Shown: one piece after another, positions 59,901 through 63,757 of the stretch
Numbering within the stretch: position 1 is the stretch's first letter
How the letters are laid out: every line of letters starts with the position of its first letter
From: a virus
DNA: 63,757 bases
IMG/VR virus record: IMGVR_UViG_3300019487_000007
Direction: 5' to 3' (one strand)
Notes under the pieces: generated by a model
Told to the model about the DNA's origin: nothing
Database searches by the model: none
Seen by the model: only the letters and a program-made list of their open reading frames with translations
Program-made: the position numbers and the translations under genes

Positions 59901-61505
59901 AGCCGTTTCTCGGGAGAGACCCGAGCCGAGGTGCAGGGCTGGATGAAGAAGTTCCCCGAGGCGTGGGCCACTATGGGCCGCGACTTCCGGGAGGCCTTCA
60001 CCCTGGCTCCGGAGCGAGTCGACCTAGAACGCCCCCTTGAGTTCCAAGTCGGGAAGGTGCCGGGGACGCCGGGCAGGGTGGTTCGTTTGCCCTTCCGTGT
60101 GATGAATGCGGCGGGAAGATTCCTTCGTGACACTGGGACGGCGGCTGAGTTGGAGAAGCTCGCGCTTAGGAAGGCAAAGGGGAATAAGACTGCGGCGGCC
60201 CAGGTCGTTCAGGAGGCGCTGGATCCGTCCAATAAGCTTCATCTTGAGCTGCTCAAGAAGGCTAGGGCGGGTGGAAAGGAGAGAGTCTTCGAGGCCGAAC
60301 CGGGCCCGATGATGAATGCCCTTCTCCGCATGAGAAACACCAACAAGTGGGTTCACCTCGTTCTGCCCTTCCTCCAGGTGCCGGGGAACATCACGAAGTT
60401 GATTGCACAAAGGAGCCCTCTCGGTTTCGTCAAGGCCGCTAAGGAGTATGCGAAGTATAAGGAGGCTCTCCGAAGTGGGGATCTTTCTCCCGACGGCGTG
60501 GCGGAGCTGAAGGGACGGGCGATGGATGCGATAGCGCGCCCACTTCTCGGGACCATCGTAATGGCCGGATTCGGTGGGATGGCGTTGGCGGGGAACATGA
60601 CTGGCGGCGGGCCCGTCGATAAGAAGAAGAGAAACTTCCTCCTCCAGAGCGGATGGCAGCCCTACTCATTCGTGATTCCCACGCCCTATGGGAAATACTA
60701 CCTGCCCTACAAGCGCTTCCAGCCGCTCGGGGCGCTTCTCGGCTTCGCGGCCGATGCGGCCGAGTCGACGGACGAGAAGGAGGCGGGGAAGGTTTTTGAG
60801 CGGGGCCTGGAATCGCTGGGGCAGAACCTTACTTCCCAGACCTACCTCCAAGGTCTTGCAGACGCAATGGAGTTTGTTTCCAATCCTAGAGAGATGGCAG
60901 GCGCGTATGCTGGGTCGTTGGCGGGAAGCGCCGTTCCGAATATTTTCGCCAAGGCCGCTCAGGCCATTGACCCCTACGTGAGAGAGACTAGGCCGATGGA
61001 TAGAGGGCCGGCGGGAGTTCCGGAGACGATTGCCCGTTCGGTTGCTGCTCGTATCCCCTTCGTTTCAGAGCAGCTTCCCCCCAAGATCTCTGGAACGGGC
61101 GAGCCGATTGAACGTCCTGGAGTGAGCATCACTCGACTCCTCTCTCCCGTGCAGCCAACCTTTGAAGAGCCGGAGGCCCCTCTGGTGGAGTTCATTGCCG
61201 GCACGGGTGCCGCTCCCGGGCTGCCCTCGAAGACTCTAACGATTCAGGGGGTGGAAGTCCCTCTCACCGAGGACGAGTGGATCACCGTCGCTCAGGCTAA
61301 CAAGCAGGCAATGGACTACATCGCGCAGCACTACATGACGAACCCGTCGTTTCAGGTGCTCCCCCAGGTTCGTCAAAAGCAGTACATCGAGCGAATCTTC
61401 TCGCAGGTGCGGGGGCTCGCGCGGCAGAAGCTTATGCAGCAGCCGGACTTTGCTGTTCGCGCCAGGAGCACCTTAATGGAGGCTGGTCTTGCCGGCGGCG
61501 TTTGA
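56949..61505 (+). CDS. Giant virion protein (1518 aa) with HExxH metallopeptidase-like motif and hydrophobic C-terminal segments (ejection / polyvalent-protein candidate)
   Basis: RKLARHEIAHSLRG (HEIAH at 58926-58940). Gly-rich hydrophobic stretch GTIVMAGFGGMALAGNMTGGG. Size and position. Confidence 0.6.
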   Translation: MPLNPSTLALLGGPSQEESPGFLESVHRVVGAPGRLIDRLLLAPSRAAGFNIPEEATTGQVIASGLGLAQGDEGYAGRIGRRAVEFGVDVARDPLTYGMGALGGVVRGGRVASSILRQGGEIAPELLSPLEKAARAGRFAQPIQRGASAGFAALMGTGAVEEGGRALETLREEGLSPQAAEELFGTAVSGLGAAAGALHARAPKPREYAVLRERLPNLPDQQVQDLLSVYEKAERPDLVKVTRDEIARRDVQKGITPEQAPEEAALRRGLMGTSTKRPRSLEDLNLIVEAVKKGQLSSEEATRVWASSSRLPDVLGKRSRPRPQAPPATPPDQLEAALRASLKTPQEVDATLRAVKTPQEWTTVIDDLDAALKAVEKEPVDVSLGGTTPRLLEEVGAPEPPPSGPTPTPGRIPGGVAPPEGEAPSAPGVPRDTTVSLPGEVVEARPPRKGTFAMGEMEDPLGDVTLKDIVFDSPNDKALFIAKGNFPEALRKRAYDTLKERGYDDARIRSEEPIFTRGREAAVAPRETAQQLAITRKEATGKGANPDKLLEVSRTSYAERVWDIFERFVNEGVEGIQRMLPGGPRFSKEFGRSYLTEVTGPTTETGSLAVNYPGVRSSIRVNLPWVLEATKDRIKTEGVDPASPEAAYIFLSELRKLARHEIAHSLRGTQHIGDVIFNPVTGQWERSLTESGVYGAKGKLPGGPVAKDPTHNLVEAEINRTLSQMETPLSDSLLAEGNVQNVQNLWRGALRASSEIESTLSNEARESLNKYRRDQPGRLASLEQEALATSKSMRLRQAMEARVEEQIQRLREENPDIQLNQLGEALNRFAKTIKDPETRMAFKRAIDARVETARDYALTEAGIPPAAPREPLKATAPRMAAAAPPSPVQMDLLEKRLKTMKGLSKQKKVEIKNAARQGDQALFAAIQKAESATGMDKALEVWKGGLLSAPGTWFVQTADILESGARLGETALSGMLDKFFAGPRSRFSGETRAEVQGWMKKFPEAWATMGRDFREAFTLAPERVDLERPLEFQVGKVPGTPGRVVRLPFRVMNAAGRFLRDTGTAAELEKLALRKAKGNKTAAAQVVQEALDPSNKLHLELLKKARAGGKERVFEAEPGPMMNALLRMRNTNKWVHLVLPFLQVPGNITKLIAQRSPLGFVKAAKEYAKYKEALRSGDLSPDGVAELKGRAMDAIARPLLGTIVMAGFGGMALAGNMTGGGPVDKKKRNFLLQSGWQPYSFVIPTPYGKYYLPYKRFQPLGALLGFAADAAESTDEKEAGKVFERGLESLGQNLTSQTYLQGLADAMEFVSNPREMAGAYAGSLAGSAVPNIFAKAAQAIDPYVRETRPMDRGPAGVPETIARSVAARIPFVSEQLPPKISGTGEPIERPGVSITRLLSPVQPTFEEPEAPLVEFIAGTGAAPGLPSKTLTIQGVEVPLTEDEWITVAQANKQAMDYIAQHYMTNPSFQVLPQVRQKQYIERIFSQVRGLARQKLMQQPDFAVRARSTLMEAGLAGGV

Positions 61506-61974
61506 TCTCCCCCCGGGAGTGACACGCCCAGGGAGGGCACGCTCCAGACGTAAGCCAGGAGTTCTCTTCAAGCTCGCCCAAAAGGTTCCGCCGGGCGCGC
61601 CCACCTGGTTGAGGAGTCTCGTTCAAGAACTTGACGCCATCCTTTGGAAGTTCTGGATGGTCCTCGACAACTCCCTGCCCGCGAAACACGGTACCACCCA
61701 CATGGGAGGGAGTGACTCGATTGCGGGGTTCGGGACGCCCGCCCCGGTGGTGGTTGGAGGGGAGGGACAGAGAGGGGATCCCCACCAAGGATTCGCCCCC
61801 TTCAATCACGTTCATTCCCTTGATCTGGGGCCGATCACTCCTGGGCTGCTTGACGAGCTTTCTGGAAGCCCAAATCCCCCTTTCAGGACCCTCAAACAGC
61901 AGCTAGACTGGTTAAACGCACAGGCAGTCAGGGAATATGCGGTGCGGCCGATCATTGCGAACACTTACAGATAG
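61489..61974 (+). CDS. tail-fibre-associated protein (up to 161 aa; start uncertain)
   Basis: AKHGTTHMGGSDSI and FNHVHSLD motifs, as seen in fibre/spike proteins. Confidence 0.45.
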   Translation: MPAAFDLPPGVTRPGRARSRRKPGVLFKLAQKVPPGAPTWLRSLVQELDAILWKFWMVLDNSLPAKHGTTHMGGSDSIAGFGTPAPVVVGGEGQRGDPHQGFAPFNHVHSLDLGPITPGLLDELSGSPNPPFRTLKQQLDWLNAQAVREYAVRPIIANTYR

Positions 61975-61983
61975 GAGAGCCTA

Positions 61984-62373
61984 GTGGCAGCGAATAGCGT
62001 ACCCAAGTTTACTGATGGCGGGAGGGTTTGGGTCGGACAAGTCTCAGTTGCGAACACCAACCTCGACGGGACTGGAACAATCGTAACGATCGTTACGGCC
62101 GGTGCTGAAGGCTCCCTAATTCAACTGATCGTGGTGAAGGCGGCCGGAACAACTACCGCTGGGCAGATCCGGCTCTTCATCAACGATGGGGTCAACACGA
62201 GGCTCTACAAGGAGATCTCTGTCACGGCGGCCACTCCGAGCGCGCTCGTTCAGGCGTTCTCAGCGGAGTATACCCCTACAGAACCTCTTGTTCTCCAGAG
62301 CGGCTATTCCCTAAGGGCAAGCACGCTTAACGCGGAGACGTTCAACATCATCGCCACTGGTGGCGACTACTAA
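61984..62373 (+). CDS. hypothetical virion protein (129 aa)
   Basis: GTG behind AGGAGAG. Confidence 0.5.
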   Translation: MAANSVPKFTDGGRVWVGQVSVANTNLDGTGTIVTIVTAGAEGSLIQLIVVKAAGTTTAGQIRLFINDGVNTRLYKEISVTAATPSALVQAFSAEYTPTEPLVLQSGYSLRASTLNAETFNIIATGGDY

Positions 62374-62382
62374 GGAGCTTTT

Positions 62383-62721
62383 ATGGCATTTAACCTTCCT
62401 CTTCAACCTGGTGTAGGCCAAGGGATGCCTGTAGGAGGCCCTACTCCCCTTCCTCCTGCCGGGCCTATTGGCGGATTTAGGGGCGGGCCCTTCGTGGGAG
62501 GCCCTACCCCTGCTGGTGGCCCCACCCCTCTTCCTCCGGCTGGACCGGCAGGTCTCTCGAAGAGAGACGCCCGCATCGAACAAATGCGGCGGCGGCGAAT
62601 GGCGTCGATGGGGCAGCTTCCCCCAGCAGAAGGGCCCGCCCCTCACCAAAAGCGGGCGATGCTTCAGGGGCAGCGCGAGGCCTTGGGTGGAGGTAATGTT
62701 TCCTGGGGGAGTGCTTACTAA
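62383..62721 (+). CDS. Pro/Gly-rich protein (112 aa) with internal GGPTPLPPAGP repeat
   Basis: The unit GGPTPLPPAGP occurs twice. Confidence 0.45.
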   Translation: MAFNLPLQPGVGQGMPVGGPTPLPPAGPIGGFRGGPFVGGPTPAGGPTPLPPAGPAGLSKRDARIEQMRRRRMASMGQLPPAEGPAPHQKRAMLQGQREALGGGNVSWGSAY

Positions 62722-63027
62722 GTGAATCTAGGCAGCGGCCCCTGGGGGGTCGGGGTAGTCACGTTAACCTCTCACAACGACCTGTCGGGCATCCAAGGAG
62801 GGGCGGCCAACGAGTTCTTCCACCTGACGAATGGCGAGCACCTGGTCTTGACCAATGTTGCGGAGGATCGTCTTCTAGGCAGGGCTCCTGGGGGAGGGGC
62901 CGGTAACCCGCAGGAGATCACCCTTGGAACGAACCTTTCCCTTTCGGGGACCACCCTGAATGCGACTGGCGGTGGAGGTGGCTTGTCGGCGGGGGAAGTT
63001 GAGTTCAAGGTGATGATTAGGACTTAG
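62722..63027 (+). CDS. tail fibre/spike-motif protein (101 aa)
   Basis: SHNDLSGIQGGAANEFFHLT motif. Confidence 0.5.
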   Translation: MNLGSGPWGVGVVTLTSHNDLSGIQGGAANEFFHLTNGEHLVLTNVAEDRLLGRAPGGGAGNPQEITLGTNLSLSGTTLNATGGGGGLSAGEVEFKVMIRT

Positions 63028-63035
63028 AGGAGAAA

Positions 63036-63757
63036 ATGTTTTTAGACAGCACTACAAAAAAGTTCGACATAGTCCTGGCTGGGTCCGCGGGCGCCCCGGA
63101 GGCGCAGCATCAGGTCACCGCAGACTACGCAGTGATTGATCAGACCACCCGGGTGGTAGAGTCGATTGTTTCGGTGAACGTCGTCACCAACGATACCACG
63201 GGTGTGGACGTGATCCCGGCGCCGGCTTCTGGGAAGGCCCACAAGGTCTTGAGGGTGTCGGTTCAAAACTACGGGGCCTCGACGGCCAACTCCCAGACCT
63301 TCGAGTTCCGGCTCCGCGTGGGGGCCGGAATCACTGTGGTCGCACGCCTTCGGATCCTGCTCTTTGAGATGGCACAGTACAACGATGGAGAGGGTTGGCG
63401 CTGCTTCTCACAACTCGGGGAACTCAAAACGGGAGGGGTCCCGGGAAGCAAGCATGTCTCCTTCCTGATGGATGCGGCAGCCGTGGTGTGGACCAACATG
63501 CCCGCAGCGAATACCTTTTTCAACGGCTCCCACCGTTACGTGACGAAGGCCGACCTCTCGGGCTTCTCACAATGTCGCTTGATCGTAAACAAGCAGACGG
63601 TGGCGGGAGCGGCGGCGGCCGTTTTGAGGCTCCAGTATAAGTCGGGAAGCTTTAGTACCACTGTCGGGTCGTACCTCCAAATAGGCGCATCCTCCGTGGA
63701 GGTAGCCATCAACACCACCGACACCGTCCTCGTCTCGTCATGGATTAACTTGGTCGA
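63036..63757 (+). CDS. Junction-spanning hypothetical virion protein, N-terminal 240 codons (full length 272 aa, ends at 220 after circularisation)
   Basis: ATG at 63036 behind GAGGAG. There is no stop before the window end, and the frame continues in 124-220. Confidence 0.6.
   Translation, partial: MFLDSTTKKFDIVLAGSAGAPEAQHQVTADYAVIDQTTRVVESIVSVNVVTNDTTGVDVIPAPASGKAHKVLRVSVQNYGASTANSQTFEFRLRVGAGITVVARLRILLFEMAQYNDGEGWRCFSQLGELKTGGVPGSKHVSFLMDAAAVVWTNMPAANTFFNGSHRYVTKADLSGFSQCRLIVNKQTVAGAAAAVLRLQYKSGSFSTTVGSYLQIGASSVEVAINTTDTVLVSSWINLV
63635..63757. repeat. Terminal direct repeat, right copy (identical to 1-123)
   Basis: See the left copy. Confidence 0.95.

Overview
The window is a complete, circularly closed tailed dsDNA phage genome. 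Bases 1-123 are identical to 63635-63757, so the unique length is about 63,634 bp, and one CDS reads across that junction. I found no rRNA, tRNA, CRISPR array, integrase or phage RNA polymerase.

Architecture: two divergent arms leave a ~1.4 kb non-coding control region (34856-36245) and converge at ~198-220.

- Minus arm (34855 down to 198), about 75 tightly packed genes, often with ATGA/GTGA stop-start overlaps:
  - a family-A DNA polymerase that has an N-terminal UDG-like domain and a 3'-5' exonuclease, is broken into several ORFs, and carries a LAGLIDADG intein;
  - MazG, a HAD 5'-nucleotidase, a DUF5664-like protein and a RepA/AAA_25-like ATPase;
  - a DnaQ-like exonuclease, a Sak4-like ATPase with an SSB-like protein, and a Cas4-like nuclease;
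  - an RNA ligase;
  - a lysis cluster (M15 peptidase, holin-like protein, membrane protein, lipoprotein);
  - two large lipoproteins;
  - an 8 kb island (19014-26957), the most interesting candidate system. It holds three different carboxylate-amine ligase families, an Ntn amidotransferase, a gamma-glutamyl cyclotransferase and a secreted S1 protease. A ~240-nt structured non-coding element is embedded in it.
- Plus arm (35669 to the window end, wrapping to 220):
  - a small basic ORF with its own promoter and terminator;
  - terminase, a 3D-domain protein, portal, scaffold candidate and major capsid candidate;
  - tail and fibre proteins and a 1518-aa virion protein with an HExxH motif;
  - no tail tube, sheath or tape-measure gene was recognised, which suggests a podovirus-like virion (inference).

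Four near-consensus sigma70-type promoters, several hairpin terminators, a palindromic repeat array, a thrice-occurring 14-mer and a C12 homopolymer at a gene junction are also reported.

All protein calls come from reading motifs in the translations. No database search was run.
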